A stretch of 64,000 nucleotides of DNA. It comes from Monocercomonoides exilis PA203. Its lineage: Eukaryota > Protista > Preaxostyla. Below are positions 1 through 13,279 of this stretch, piece by piece. Location: contig LSRY02000023.1 of NCBI GenBank assembly GCA_001643675.2, forward strand, positions 992,001 through 1,056,000, given 5' to 3'. The notes beneath the pieces are model-generated. The model did not search any database. It worked only from the letters and a program-made list of their open reading frames with translations, and was not told the DNA's origin. The translations under genes and the position numbers were made by a program. The number at the start of each line of letters is the position of its first letter. Position 1 is the first letter of the stretch.

Positions 1-513
1 TTGGTGCATACTTTTAGTTTTGTTGGAAAAAAATAGTAATTCTGAATATTTCTCGATTATATGTGTCTGATACTTTTGAAAATCAATTTTTTTTTTGAGA
101 TCAGATAAATATTTATTTCTCAAAGAGAAAACAGAGGTTTGTTTCCTTTTGAATGAACAATAAAAATAATAATTCTTTCAAGTGTTTTAAGCTTTTTTCT
201 AATGATTCCCTTTCAAATAAATTAATATCAAAACTCCAACTAAAGAAAGATAAAAAAAGAATCAAATAAATGGGTTGAAATTTTTTGCTTTATGAATTGT
301 GCTCAACTTGATTGAAATGAATTTTTTTAACTTTCTATTTTCTTTTTTTTTCTATTTTCCATTTTCTTTCTTTCTTTCTTTTCTTTTCTTTTCTTTTTTT
401 GTATTGGAACGATGGACTTAAATTGATAATATGAAGAAAAAGTCAGTTGTAAAGCAGGGTTTTTTTCGAAATTTCAAAAATTAGGCCCAATATCTTTATT
501 GAACAAACAATGT

Positions 514-549
514 GGGTGACTATTTTTGAAATCATAACTCTTTTCGGGA
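514..549 (+). mobile_element. Solo left end of a GGGTGA-family TIR element
   Basis: ATGT|GGGTGACTATTTTTGAAATCATAACTCTTTTCGG closely matches the MITE left end at 14036; no partner end found in the window. Confidence 0.45.
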
Positions 550-1780
550 ATAAAGAATGTACCAAGTTTTTTGATTATTAGCCTCTAAATATTTAAACAA
601 ATGTTGAATTCATTAAAATAACTACAAAAGCCAATGATGGATTAGAAAAAATAAACATAGGAATAATTATATAACAACAGTCCTTTTCAGTATTCTTGAG
701 TTAATATTTCATAACAAATATTATAACCAGAATATTTAGATATAACAAATGTGATTTCAAAAATAATTACACACATTTTACCAAAAAAAGGATGAAAAAC
801 AGGGAAAAAAAACAAAAAAAAAAAAAAAAAAGGGGGTGGGGGGGGGGGGGAGGGAATAAACAGACGATAGTGAAAACGGAAAGAGGCAACTGAAAGGATC
901 GCAGTTTTTTTCGTTTTATCCATGAATTAATTACAAAAAAATGCAATGTTAAGATTTTTCAAATGTGTTAGGTGAACAATTACGAATAGAAAAAAATCAA
1001 AAATGACTAAATGATTTTTTATTCACATCTGAATTTTCATGGGTTTTTTTTCAAATCTCATTTCAAAATTTATAAAATTATCATCTTCCTCAACAATTGT
1101 GTATAGCACAAATATACATATTTGAAAACCTTTGAATTTCCTTTAATTGTTATTCAAGCAACTTTTTTAAATTTTTGTTGAAAAATTTCAATTAGGGTGT
1201 TTTTTTTTGAAATCATAAAAAAAGATCAAAAATCGAAAAAACAAAAACAATTGTGGTATTTATTGATCAAAGACAAAATTTGATTTTTTGCAAGTGAAAA
1301 GCAATTTTTCTGTGATAAATAATTGTTTTATTGCTATATTCAAAAAAGCAAACCTATTTGACATTTTTAATGAAAAAGAATTCACCAAAAATATTAAAAG
1401 AATATATTACGCACTCATCAAAAAGGAAATTGAAGTTTCCAGACTTTATAAACAGTTCTTATAAATGAAAAATAATATTGATAGATATTAATATATAAAA
1501 TTGGTTTGTTCAAAATGGTATGCAATGCGTTTTAAATTAATTGATGTGAAACTTCATCACAAAGTTCCTGTCATTGCTGCGCAGTTCAACGACTTATTAT
1601 AACAATGAACGAAACGGCAGCGAAACAACAATGGACGATGACAATGGAGTCAATTCCACTTTTCTTTCCTTATTATTCTTATGAAATGATATTCAAGCAT
1701 TCTTCTTCATCCGCTGCCCATCTTTCTTCTGTTTTTGCTCCACTTCATCTGAATCCCCCATTTGAAAATGCTGCTCATGT

Positions 1781-3270
1781 GGGTGATTTTTTTTGATATC
1801 ATAAAAAATTCCGAAGTTTGATCTAAAATATTTTTCATTAAGGGTGGGGTTGAAAAGGAAATATTTTTGTCAAATTATGCGAAAATAAAGTTTTAAATAT
1901 TATTATAATAGATTATTTGTTGATTTTAATTTGTTTCCAATAGTTTTTATTTCAAATATCGAAAAATAAAAATTATTTATTAAAAAAAAACCGAAAATTT
2001 GATGAACCTAATAAAACATAAGTTAACTGATTTCCAAAACATGATAACAATAATTATAATAATGTTAAACATCAATTTCATATTCAAATATATGAAACAT
2101 ATTGTAATTGAAAAGGAAAAAAAATTGATTTGTTGAAATAGAAAATTGCAAATTGAATCAATGAATTTCCACAGATCTGGCGGCTTACTAACATATCGTC
2201 CTTTCTAATAGCCTTTTCTCCTTTTAATGTTTCTTCTTTTCTCGAAAAGAAGAGGTTTTTGTTTGTTTCATAAATCCAACTACTTCTTTAGAAATTATCA
2301 TCTCAAATTCCCTTCCCAATCCCTTCATCCTGGGCACTTTCCATATGAATTCGCTCTCCCAACTCGATGGTCAGCCTGCATAACGAGATATAAAGCTTTC
2401 ATTCATTTTCATTCTTTTCCACCTCCTGCCTTGAAAACGACACAAAAACATTCAAAAGGCAAATATTCATGTAAAGAAAAATAAATAAACGCCAAACTGC
2501 CCTTCGACTGTTTTTTTCCAGAATGCATATCTCCACAACAATCATCATTCAAAAAATCAATCTCTTCATTTCAGCCTCAGAATGGTCAAATTGCAGCATG
2601 GAATGCATCTCCATAAAACACATCGTGTATCTCACTGGAGTGTCTTCTCAGGCTGTACACATTGTGGTGGATGTTCAGAGGTGTTTTTTTCTGTTTTTGG
2701 CATGATCATCTCCTTTAATAATATTCTCAACCACCCAAAACAGTATTTGATGTTTATCTCATCAACACCAGGCTCAGGAGGGATATGGAGCAAAGAAGAG
2801 ATGGAAGAATATTTTTTGTGGCAGGGGGTGGGAGTTGAGTGTTTTTTTGAATGTTAATGTTTCATGAGGGGTTTTTGAATGAAAGAAAATCTGAGACAAG
2901 GGGGTGGCGAAGAGGAAGTGGAGATTTTGAGCAGATAATATAGTAAATATATAGAGAAGTTGCTGGGGATGATGAAGAAGGTGATTATTGTTGATGGGAG
3001 AAATGGATTTTGAAAAAAAGGAAAAGAGGGCAAAGGCGGGAAAGAAGAAGAATATTCTGAAGTGTTTGATTGGGAGAGGGGTAATTTTTGAGAGGAAAAG
3101 ATTATTTGGAAGAGACTGCGAAAGATGAAGAAAAGGAGAGGATTGATATTTTCTGATGATTTTGGGGGTTGAATGGAAGATGAAAATGGAAAAGAAAAGG
3201 AAATTGAGAGATATTTTCATTTTCAATTTTTGAAGAGAAAGGAGAAGAATTTGCAAAAGAAAATTAATTT
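1781..3270. repeat. Inverted homology block 1 (pairs with ~11990-13270 and 14830-15003)
   Basis: ORF 2582-2857(+) IISFNNILNHPKQYLMFISSTPGSGGIWSKEEMEE vs 12263-12541(-) IFSFNNILNHIKQCLMFISSTPCTGGIWGREEMEE; ~150 bp terminal match between 1781-1936 and the reverse complement of ~14845-15003. Confidence 0.85.
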
Positions 3271-4419
3271 ATTTGAAGAAATACTGCCACATTAATTTGC
3301 ATCAGTCTCTTTTGCGCAATATAAGCGATAGCGAATTTCTACTCTTACAGAAATCAACTTATCGAAAAAAAAATATTTAGTCCAATCACGACTTCGTACA
3401 AATTATTTTCAACTTCTTGAATTTCGTAAGACTGATTTCACATTTTTCAATTGCTTCTTCTTCTTTGCCTTCTTTCACATTCATCTTTGTTGATCCTCTT
3501 ACTTCCTGCTGGATCATAGAATCGAACCAATTGTAGATTATCTTGTCTTTCTTCCGGATCATGAAAGTTATTGGAATATGAGAGTCTGTTTCGATGACAC
3601 TCACGAATCATTTTTTGGAGAGCTATTCGGATTACAACATTCGTTTTCTGAGCCATCAACTGGAGTTATTGCATGTGTGATGAGAATATTTTTTAAAAAA
3701 ATGTTTTTAAGGACTTCCATTTTGACTATTATTTTGTGTTTGTGTGTGCGCTTGCTGTTTGTACTGTTGTGACCAGAAGAATTTGAAAGCATGTGCTTCT
3801 TCGTTGTGTTCTGAATTGGAAGGACGCTTCAAACTATTTCTTGGGACTTATGATAATTACCCCGTGGATAGAGAAAACTTGGAGTGGTTTGCATTTTTGT
3901 CATTTAATTTTAACTGATATTTTTGTCAACTCGTTTGTTATTTCTGTTGCTATTTTCTGTATTTTTGCGGTGCTTGGCAAACAACAAGCTTTTCACTTCA
4001 ACAACACAGGCTTCAGTCATTTGTTGGGCGTGAACTATCTGGCTTCTTCAGCCTTGCAGGTGCTCGGCATGCTGTGTCATCAGCCTCTTTGCAATTGATC
4101 GGATCAGAGGCTCCAGCAATCTCCATTGCAGAGCAAGAGAGGCGGTTTATTGAGTCGCTGGGGAAGCGGCAGGAAACACATACAGCCAACGATCACCGCT
4201 TTCCAGCACAAATTCCTGCTGAGTTACCACTCCCTTATGCAGCATGCCCTCCTCACTTACCATCCGCACAGCCTCGCTCTGATAGCATGGGCAGCTCATT
4301 GGCTGGGCAAGACAAGACAGACACTTCTCTTTCAGCTGCCAGAGATAGAATATCTGACTCTGTTCATATCCTGCAGATTCCTTAATCTTCAAACAGATCG
4401 TCATGTTCCTCTCCCTCTC

Positions 4420-5870
4420 CCTTTTCTTCTTCTTCTTCTTCTTCTTCTTCTTCTTCTTCTTCTTTTTCTTCTTCTTCTTCTTCTTTTTCTTTTTCTACTT
4501 TTTCTTCTTCACATCCTCCTCTTATTTCTTTATTCTCATCATCTTCATCTCCATCAATGCATTCTGCAGATTCGCTGAATGTGCATTTGAACTGTTTTCC
4601 TCTTCCCCAGAGGCGCATTCCGCTCTGCTTCAGCACTTCGTACGGCTTCCGCGCTCCGGCTGTGCTGAACAGTGTGAATGAGGCGAATGGGCATCGAATG
4701 AGAAATGGCAGTGGAAGAGGGAAGGAGCTTCAAGGCACATTGCGTTCATCAGCTCGCTTTATGACGCCGCCAAGGAGCAAAGAGCGAGGAGTTCGCGATC
4801 AAATGAAAGAGGCAAAGAGAGCGGAGTACAATGGCAAGATGAATGCGGTGCAGAATAAAGGGAGACGACGGGAAAAGTCAAAGGCGAAGATGCAGACGAA
4901 CGAGAAAGACGTATTTTGCACATCGCAAATTGACTCTTTCGACACAATACAAGAACAGGCAGCAATAGAAAGGAGGAGGAGGGACAGGGGAAGGGAAAGA
5001 GAATTAAATATCATCAGAAAATTTGCCTATTCGATAGTGCACTCTCATCTACTCGTCCGAATTCTCAAAATACCACAGCCTCATCAACATTTGCTACTTC
5101 CTCTTTTTATCCATTGACATGCACTAAGTTGTTTGTCACTTCTGTTGTTGTGGGAAATCCACCAAAGCCATTCACTCCATCATCTCCCACCGCGGACTCC
5201 TCTTCGATAATACAGAAGTCCCTCTGCAAATCTTACACAAGCTCCGCCTATTTATCGAACATATCTTCTTTGCATGCATCTTCAACTATTTCTTCATTCT
5301 CGCTGTCGATTCCCTGTGCGGTTCTCTGGAAGAGCAGATTGGGCAATGCATGTGTATTTGCAAGCAGCATGTAAGCGACGAGGGATGTGTTTGAGCCGCA
5401 GAGCATCCTTCTGAACTGTGCAGCGTATGTGGCTAGCCAGGGGATTCAGGTGGGTGGTGAGGAGGAGAAGAAGAAGGAGAAGAAGAAGGATGAGAAGAGG
5501 AATGCATATAAGTTTGTTAGTTACAAAGATGAAAAGGGATTGTTGTATCTGACAGATAAATGCGTCGATAATGAGAAAAATGAAGAAGAGGAAGAAAAAG
5601 ATGGATTTGGCAGAGATATTAGAAAGGTTCAGAAAGATAGGGGCTCAAAAGAAAAAATAGAATGAGATAAAAGGAAGAATAAGCCTGTAACGATTCTAAC
5701 CACGCTTTGCTCAGATTTTCTGCCTGAAATCAAAAATCGAAGAAGGATTCAGCGACAGAACATCGAAACACCATTCGCTTTCTCAACATTTGCCTCTGCA
5801 AGCACATTAACTTCTTTCACTTCTTCTTCATTTCCAACTTCATCATCATCATTTTCTTCTTCTCCTCCTC
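4420..5870 (+). pseudogene. Captured decayed Ser-rich gene fragment; inverted homology block 2 (pairs with ~10110-11560)
   Basis: VFEPQSILLNCAAYVASQGIQVGGE (5387,+) vs VFEPQSILLNYAEYVASQGIRVGGE (10072-10818,-); frames broken by stops in both copies. Confidence 0.75.
4422..4510. repeat. (CTT)n microsatellite
   Basis: Directly visible CTT tandem tract. Confidence 0.95.
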
Positions 5871-6239
5871 TTCCTCCCAAACCCTGCCATTCATCAAGCA
5901 CAGCTTGGGGGGTTCGTTCAAAGTGAAGCGGCAGAATGTGATTGATCTATGTACCAGTGTCGTTTGTAGCGCTTTTCTGTCGATGGACGTTCAACCTTAC
6001 CTGCGCTGTGCGTTTCCTGTTGTACAGTTAATGGTCTGCGGCTTCGACGACATCTGCAGGCTGAGGGGACTAAACGCAATGACCCACATGGTGAACCAGA
6101 ATTGTATGGAAATTTTGAATTTTTCTGTAAAATAAAATATATTTCATTCATTGTTTCATTTATTTTTTTTTACCTGTATTTTGCGTTTCAAATATTTATC
6201 TTAATCTAAATTTTTTTGTTCACTCTCAAATGATGAATA

Positions 6240-7480
6240 GTTACGATTGTGGACTAATGGCAATGATTTTTCAATCGTCTTGCAAAGCAATAAAGACTAT
6301 TTGCTGAATGATGCTGTTGCAAAGCAATTGATCAGATTCATGAGGTTTGTCAGAAAATATTTATTGAGATTTTATTCACAAGTTTTTCTTTCTTTTTTCT
6401 TTTTTATCAAATTCTTTTTCTTCTTCATTTTTACACCCACTTTTTCGCTCGTTCGTTTCATTATACAAAAATACGCAAATATATTCACATTCAGTTTCCG
6501 ATGGTATCCTCTTATCTCTTCTTCTCTTCTTTGACCAACAAATTCATCACCAACGGTGAAGTGTTCCACTTTTCATTTCTGCACCACGGCATTCTCCAGC
6601 CCATCCACCGCCTGCTGCACTCGCCGCGCGCTGAATACAGCGGCAAGGCCTCCTCCAACCTTCTCTCGCTATCTAGCAAGACGTTAAGCTGTTTGCCAGC
6701 TCGCTTGACAAGGCGCTGTTTAACGAGCTTGTCGAGCTGATGTACTCACCACAGGCGATTGTGCGGAACAACACGTAGGAAATCATCGAGGTGCTTGCAG
6801 AAGGAAGAGGGCTGGCAGAAGAAGGAGTTGGAGAGGGAAAACGAGATGAAGGATATGGTGGAATGCCACGGAGGGGATATGATGGAAGTGTGATGTTTGG
6901 GGATACGAAGGAGAAGAGAAACGAGAAGGATAAAGAAGCGAACAATGAGCCAACAGTTACGAAGGAAGAGCTGCTGCGCCGTTTGCTGAGCTGGGGCGTT
7001 GGTCGAATCTTGTTGGCAAACTGGCTTCACCAACGGCGACTGACATAGCGAAAATAATAACTGCTGGTGCTTTGCTTAATCTGTATGCACCTGTTGGGAA
7101 AAAGAGGAACAGAAGAAGATACGGAGGATGATGATGATGAAGAGGATGAAGAAAAGGAGAGTGTAACGAAAGAGATGAAGAAGAAGAAGAAGAAGATTGG
7201 TGTTCATGTCCGTCTTCTCCTCGCACACAAGGTCATTCGCCCACTTTGTCTCAACTGCGTTCTTCCCTGTACTAACCTTTGTTGCAGATTCCAATGATTG
7301 CCTCAGTACTAATTTTATGCCAAACCTATCCCACAATTTCATGCCCCACCCCCTGCCGGAAGAACGCACGCAGCTTCTCCACTTCAGCAGAAGGCAGTGC
7401 AAAACAGCCACATCACAACATATTCCAGTGAGCACAGCAGAGCAACCATATCTGAGTCACTGAGTGCGCTCTTCAACAAC
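6240..7480 (+). pseudogene. Probable captured host gene fragment of unknown identity inside element B
   Basis: GC-richer coding-like stretch with broken frames (ORFs at 6501, 6791, 7067), preceded by a T-rich GT...CAG intron-like segment (~6345-6494). Confidence 0.35.
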
Positions 7481-10109
7481 AAGAATGATTTTTTTCTTTC
7501 AGTATCGTATTTGAAAGAGGGTTATATCAATCCCTCAACCATTTGCTCCTTCTCCTTCATTCCCTTCCTCTTCTTCTTCTCCCAAGCCGCAACTTATTCC
7601 ACAATCTTAACTCATGTTCATATACAGCGCTCACAGAACAGCAAATTGAACAGAACTTGTCAAAAAAAAAGAGGAGTCGATGAAGCTCAACCCAATCAAT
7701 TCTGTAAGCGAACATGGGTGAGAGCAGTAGAAAGGGAAGGGAAAAGATAAAGTGTTCAGAACGTGTCAAACTCCATAAGGGAGGGAAGAACTGCGCATGC
7801 CATTGTTTAATTGCTGCTGATGCTGAGAGCAGAAGAGAGAAAAGGGGGCAGATTTAAAGAAGAGCTGAAGAAAAACAGTTTTGTCTCTCTAAATGGGTAG
7901 CTCGTGGAGAAAAGATACAGTTGCAATTGGGGGAGATGAGAGAGATGATGGAGAGAGAGTGAAATGAAGAGGAAGCAAAAACGAAAGAAAAGGATGATCA
8001 AGAGAAAGAGGAAGATGATGATGAAAGAGGGAAAGAAATGGCATAAACAAAAAACGAATGATGGTTAAGGCGAATTCAATGTTGATTTCTACACAGAGCA
8101 GCAAGAGCAGGAACTATGGAAAAGAACGCAGTTTACGAAATGAGATTTTAAAAAATGTCGAGCAGAAATGACAGGAAACGATGTAATGAATCGAAAAAAA
8201 AATTAAAACTGTATTTTTAATGAAGAATAAAAAGAGAAGTGAAGGAGTTGAGTCAATTATTTTTATTAATTGCAGTTTCCTGAATAACACAATTTTCGTT
8301 TGCCGAATCTGTTGAGTTGTTCAGCGGATAAGGGAATTTTTTAATGAGGTTTCAGCTGGATTAGTGAAAAGCACATTTCTTTTTCTACGGAAAAATAAAA
8401 ATTCACAAATTTGTTGCGTTTTTTTAAGTTCTTTAAATATTTTTTCCCTTTTATTGGCTTTGTTTAACATGTTAAGTATCTTTTTTTCCAGTCTAGATAT
8501 TTCTGTTGACCTTTTAAAGATAGACTTTTAATTTTTTTTTGAAACTTTATAAAAAAAAATTTTTTATCAAAACATTAAAAAGGTATGCTTTTTTTCATAT
8601 TAACAAATTAAACAAATATTTATTACAGAAATAAAAGCCAAATACTAATGAATAACCAATTTAACTCTTTGATCAATAAATACCAAAATAGATATTATTT
8701 TTTGATTTTTGATCTTTTTTTATGATAACAAAAAAAATCACCCATGTTGTCTTCTTTTATCTCCAATGTTTTCCAAATTAATCTTTCATAACACTGCTTA
8801 ATCACTTCTCAACGAAGAAAAAACTTGTTAATCTTTTTCTATAAAATCATTTCGTTCATTTTCTTTGTTTTATTCTCCTCTCAGCCAACTCAGTCTTCTT
8901 CAACCACATATTCATCACCAGTTTCAATTTTAACAACCTCAGCTAAATCCACCTCACTTCTCTCTCAAACCGCTTCTTCCTCAACTCCTTCAACAAATCC
9001 AACTGAAACATGAGCGGTTTCATCTTGGTACACAGAAACCAGTAAACTCCCTCTAGCGATATGATTTCCTTGAAGCAAAGATCAGCCTGTTCCGTTTGAT
9101 TGAAGATGCGAACAAATGAAAAAGAAGAAAAAGAAAAAGAAGAAGGAGAAGAAGGAAAAGTGAAAAACATATTTTGCCAATAGATATGAAAGAAATATTA
9201 TAGGCGGTTCATTTAACTGAAAATGACAAACAGATTGACTAGTGATGATGCGGGAAGAGTGGTATCCAAGTGAATACTTCAATTTTTGAGCTTACAAAAA
9301 CATCGTCTTCCTCATTATTCTCATTAAATGTTCCGATTTTTCAGATATTTGATGCATCTTCACTCGTCTCTTTCAGAATATTCGTATTGAACAAAAGAAA
9401 ATCCAAGTTATTCTCGAAATTCGACAGATGTTTTTCTTCCATTTCTTTTATTCGTTCTTCAACTGGAACAGCATGCCTGTCTGCTTCGCCATTCAGGAGG
9501 CGAAGAAGCGAAGAGAAAAAGGTGACAGGAGATGATAAGCCATCTTCATCTTCATCAACAGCATCTGTTATTGATCATTCGGATGCATCGGTCTTGTCAG
9601 CAACATATACGTTAGCAGCAGAAACTGAAAATATCGAAAGGCGGCTGAGGTGAATTTGAGTAGAATGCAGCTGTCGCTGCTGCTGTTGCCACGGGTATAT
9701 GATGTGGTAATTTGCAATATGCTGAGTGGGGTTGTTGCGCATCCCTGTGATGTGGCGCTTTGGAGATGCTTTATGTTTTGCAGGTGATGCGGATTCTTTC
9801 GTTTGTTGCTTCGATGGGAACGAAATCTGAGGCTAAGTATCCTTTTTCGCATTGGATGCGAATGCGTTCTTTGAGGTAATAATCTGTTTATCCCTTAACT
9901 GCTTCCGTCTGCGATAGCGTTGATAGAGTTTTTATCACTGTAGCCAAAGCGTTTTGTTACTAAGATCGACGACGATGCGATTTGGTAAGGGATTACACAA
10001 TCTTATGCAAGGAAGAATCTGAGGAGAAGGCGATGAAGAAAGTGGGGTTGAAAATGGAGGCTGTGGTTCTATCACCAAAACCTATTACGCCAGCAGAACT
10101 TGAGGAGTG

Positions 10110-11560
10110 AGAAGAGGCAGAAGAGAATAAGGAGGAAAAAGATGATGAGAAGGAAGAAGAAGAAGAAAGAAGAAATGGGAAATGAAGAAGAAGTGAATGA
10201 AGATGATGTACTTGCAGACGCAAATGTTGAGAAAGTGAATGGTGTTTCAATAATTTGCTGCTGAATCCTTTTTCGATTTTTGATTTCAGGCAGAAAATAT
10301 GAGCAAAGCGTGGTCAGAATCGTTACAGGCTTATTCTTCTCTTTTGTTGTTTTCTTCTTTTCTTTCGCTCCTCTTTCTTTCTGAGCCTTTCTAATGACTT
10401 TGTCAAATCCATCTTTTTCTTCCTCTTCTTCATTTTTCTCATTATCGATGCATTTATCTGTCAGACACAACGATCCCTTTTCATCTTTATCACTCACAAA
10501 CTCATTTGCACTCCTCTTCTCCTCCTTCCTCTCTTCCTTCCTCTCCTTCTCCCCACCCACCCGAATCCCCTGACTAGCCACATACTCTGCATAGTTCAGA
10601 AGGATGCTCTGTGGCTCAAACACATCGCTAGTCGCTGATACGCTGCTGCTTGCAAACACACCAGCATTGCCCAATCTGCTCTTCCCGAGAATCGCACGAG
10701 GGATCGGCACAGTTGCAAGCGGTGGAAGCGAGAAGGAAGTAATAAAAGAAGGAGAGGAAGAAGAAGAAAAAGAGGAAGAAGACATGTTTGATAAAGAGGC
10801 AGAGCTTGGGCTAGTCATGTCGAAGGACTTCCGCGTGACTGAAAAGAAGTATGTGACGGGAGATGATGAAGTGGATGGCTATGGCGAAGTTCCAACAAGA
10901 ACAGAAAGGGCTGACAATTGTGTGTGTGGCAAGGGAGAAAAATGAGGAGAAGCAAATTTTGAGGAGGCTGTGATGTTTTGAGTGTGCAGCTGGGCAGATG
11001 AGAGTGTGCTGCCGAACGAGTAAAATGTTTGCTGCTGTTCATCATTTTCATCACCTCCTTCTTCTCTTCCCCTGTCCCTCCTTCTCCTTTCTGTTGCTTC
11101 CTGTGGAAGCCTTGTGTTTAATGCATCAATTTGTGATGTGCAAAACTCGTCTTTCTCCTTCTTCTTCGTCTTCGCCTTTGGCTCTTCCTGCTGTCTCCCT
11201 ATCCTCTGCTCTGCGCTCAATTTGCTTCTGAAATCCGCCTTCTTTGCCTCTTTCATTTGATCGCACACTCCTCGCTCTTTGCTCCTTGGGGGCGTAATAA
11301 AGTGAGTGGATTTTTGAGATGTGCTTGCAGCCCCTTCCCCTTCCCACTCCCATTTCTCTTCTCATTTCCGTTCATCCCATTCAGGAGAGCTTGTGTGCTG
11401 AAGAAGAACGAGCTCTTTAAGAAGAGCAAGATGTGCCGCTGTAGAAGAGGAAAGCCGTTCAAATTCATAACCTGAAATCCAACAGAACATATCGACAGTG
11501 ATGATTATGAAGAGAATTAAGTTAAAGAAGGAAGATGAAGAAGAAGAAGAAGAAGAGGCA
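10110..11560 (-). pseudogene. Element A copy of the captured Ser-rich gene fragment
   Basis: ORFs 10072-10818, 10879-11268 and 11253-11468 are homologous to 4557-5860 on the opposite strand. Confidence 0.75.
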
Positions 11561-13279
11561 ATATTTGACTGAAGGAGATTTTGTGTGTTTTTGGCTATGC
11601 AGTTCATAACAGGCGTGCTTGTCGTTAAATAAGTAGGTGAATTGCGAGAAGGCGAATTTTGTGTTTGCAAACCGAAAAATGATGAAGATGATTGATTGAT
11701 TGAAGGAGGGTTATCAGAAGACGACGAAGAAGAAGAAGACGAAGAAGAAAAACGGGTTGAGAAATGCAAAAACAGTTGAACAACATTTATGATGTTGAGA
11801 ATAATATGTATGAAGTTGTTGATTGGCCAAAAGGGCTCACTTGCTGTATAAACTTCAGATTGGTTAGAATAAATTCAATCACAAAATTTGTGACGAACAG
11901 ATTGTGAAAATCAATCAAGTTGGATTTTTCAAAGTCAATTGAATTTCTTTTTGCGATTTCCTCTCCTTTCCCCTGAAAAATAGAAAATATTAATATCCCT
12001 CTATTGATTTTCCTTTCCATTCCCCTCTTCCATTCAGCTCATGAACTTCTCATTAAATATCAATCCCTTCCTTTTCTTCATCTTTCCCATTCTCTTCCAT
12101 AAAATCTTTTCTTCTCATAAAAACACACTTCTTTCAAGCCTCAACATTTCTCAATTTTCCTCTTCTCATCGGCTTTCACCCTCTTTTCCTTTTTTCAAAA
12201 TCCATATCTCCAATCCAATAATCACCTTCTTTATCATCCACAGCTACTTCTCTACATATTTTCTACATTTTCTTCTCAAAATCTCCACCTGCTCTTCTCC
12301 ACCTTTTTGTCTCAGAATTTCTTCTATTCAAAAGTCCCTCTCGAAATATTAACACAAAAGAACACTCAACTCCCGCCCTCTCCCACAAATAATCCTCTTC
12401 CATCTCTTCTCTGCCCCATATCCCTCCTGTGCATGGTGTTGATGAGATAAACATCAAACATTGCTTTATGTGGTTGAGAATATTATTAAAGGAGAAGATC
12501 ATGGCTGAAACAGAAAAAACACATCTGCACATCCACCACAATGTGTACGGGCTGAGAAGACCCTTCGGTGAGATATACGATGTATTTTGTGGAGATGCAT
12601 TCTTTGTTGCATTTTGACCATTCTGAGGCTGAAATGAAGAGATTGATTTATTCTGAATGATGATGGCTGTGGAAATGTGGCTGTTTGGCGAAAAACAATC
12701 GAAGCGCAGTTTGGCGTTTATTTGTTTTTCTATATTTGAATATTAACCTGTTGAATGTTTTTGTGTTGTTTTCAGGGCAGGAGGTGGAAAAGAATGAAAA
12801 TGAATAAAATTTGGATTTCTCATTATGCAGGGTGACTATGGAGTTGAGAGAGTGAATACACATGGAAAGTGCCCAGAGCGAAGGGATTGGGAAGTGAATT
12901 GGAGATGATATTTTTGCAAAAAATAGTTTTCGGATATTGAGTGTGGAATTGAAAAAAAAACACAAGTTACACATTTTTCAGAAGTGCAAGAAATAAAAGA
13001 AGTTGGAAGCGAAAATACTATTGGGAAAGATGACAAAACAGCTGATAAATCTGTTGAAATTCTATTGATTTTATTTTTTATTTGAAGATTATAGCTCCAA
13101 ATTTTATTTTGTTCATTTTCTCTTACATTATTAAACCAGTATTTTTATAAAAAATTGATTGATTACTTATTGTTTTAATTATTATCATGTTATATTAACG
13201 ATTGAACAAATATTTTATTCTGTTTTTTTCTGTATTGATATTTCGTGAATAATTTTTTATGTTTTTTTGAAAACAAGCA

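Larger units (their letters stand above)
1781..8743. mobile_element. Element B: ~7 kb sibling of element A, inserted into A in opposite orientation, carrying gene fragments
   Basis: GGGTGATTTTTTTTGATATCATAAAAAA at 1781 and TTTTTTTATGATAACAAAAAAAATCACCC ending at 8743; exact ATGT on both flanks (1777-1780, 8744-8747). Confidence 0.8.

Noticed and set aside
800-856. Long A run followed by a G run (G-quadruplex or retro-tail candidate)
   Set aside because: No TSD or associated element; homopolymers are error-prone, so there is no support for function.
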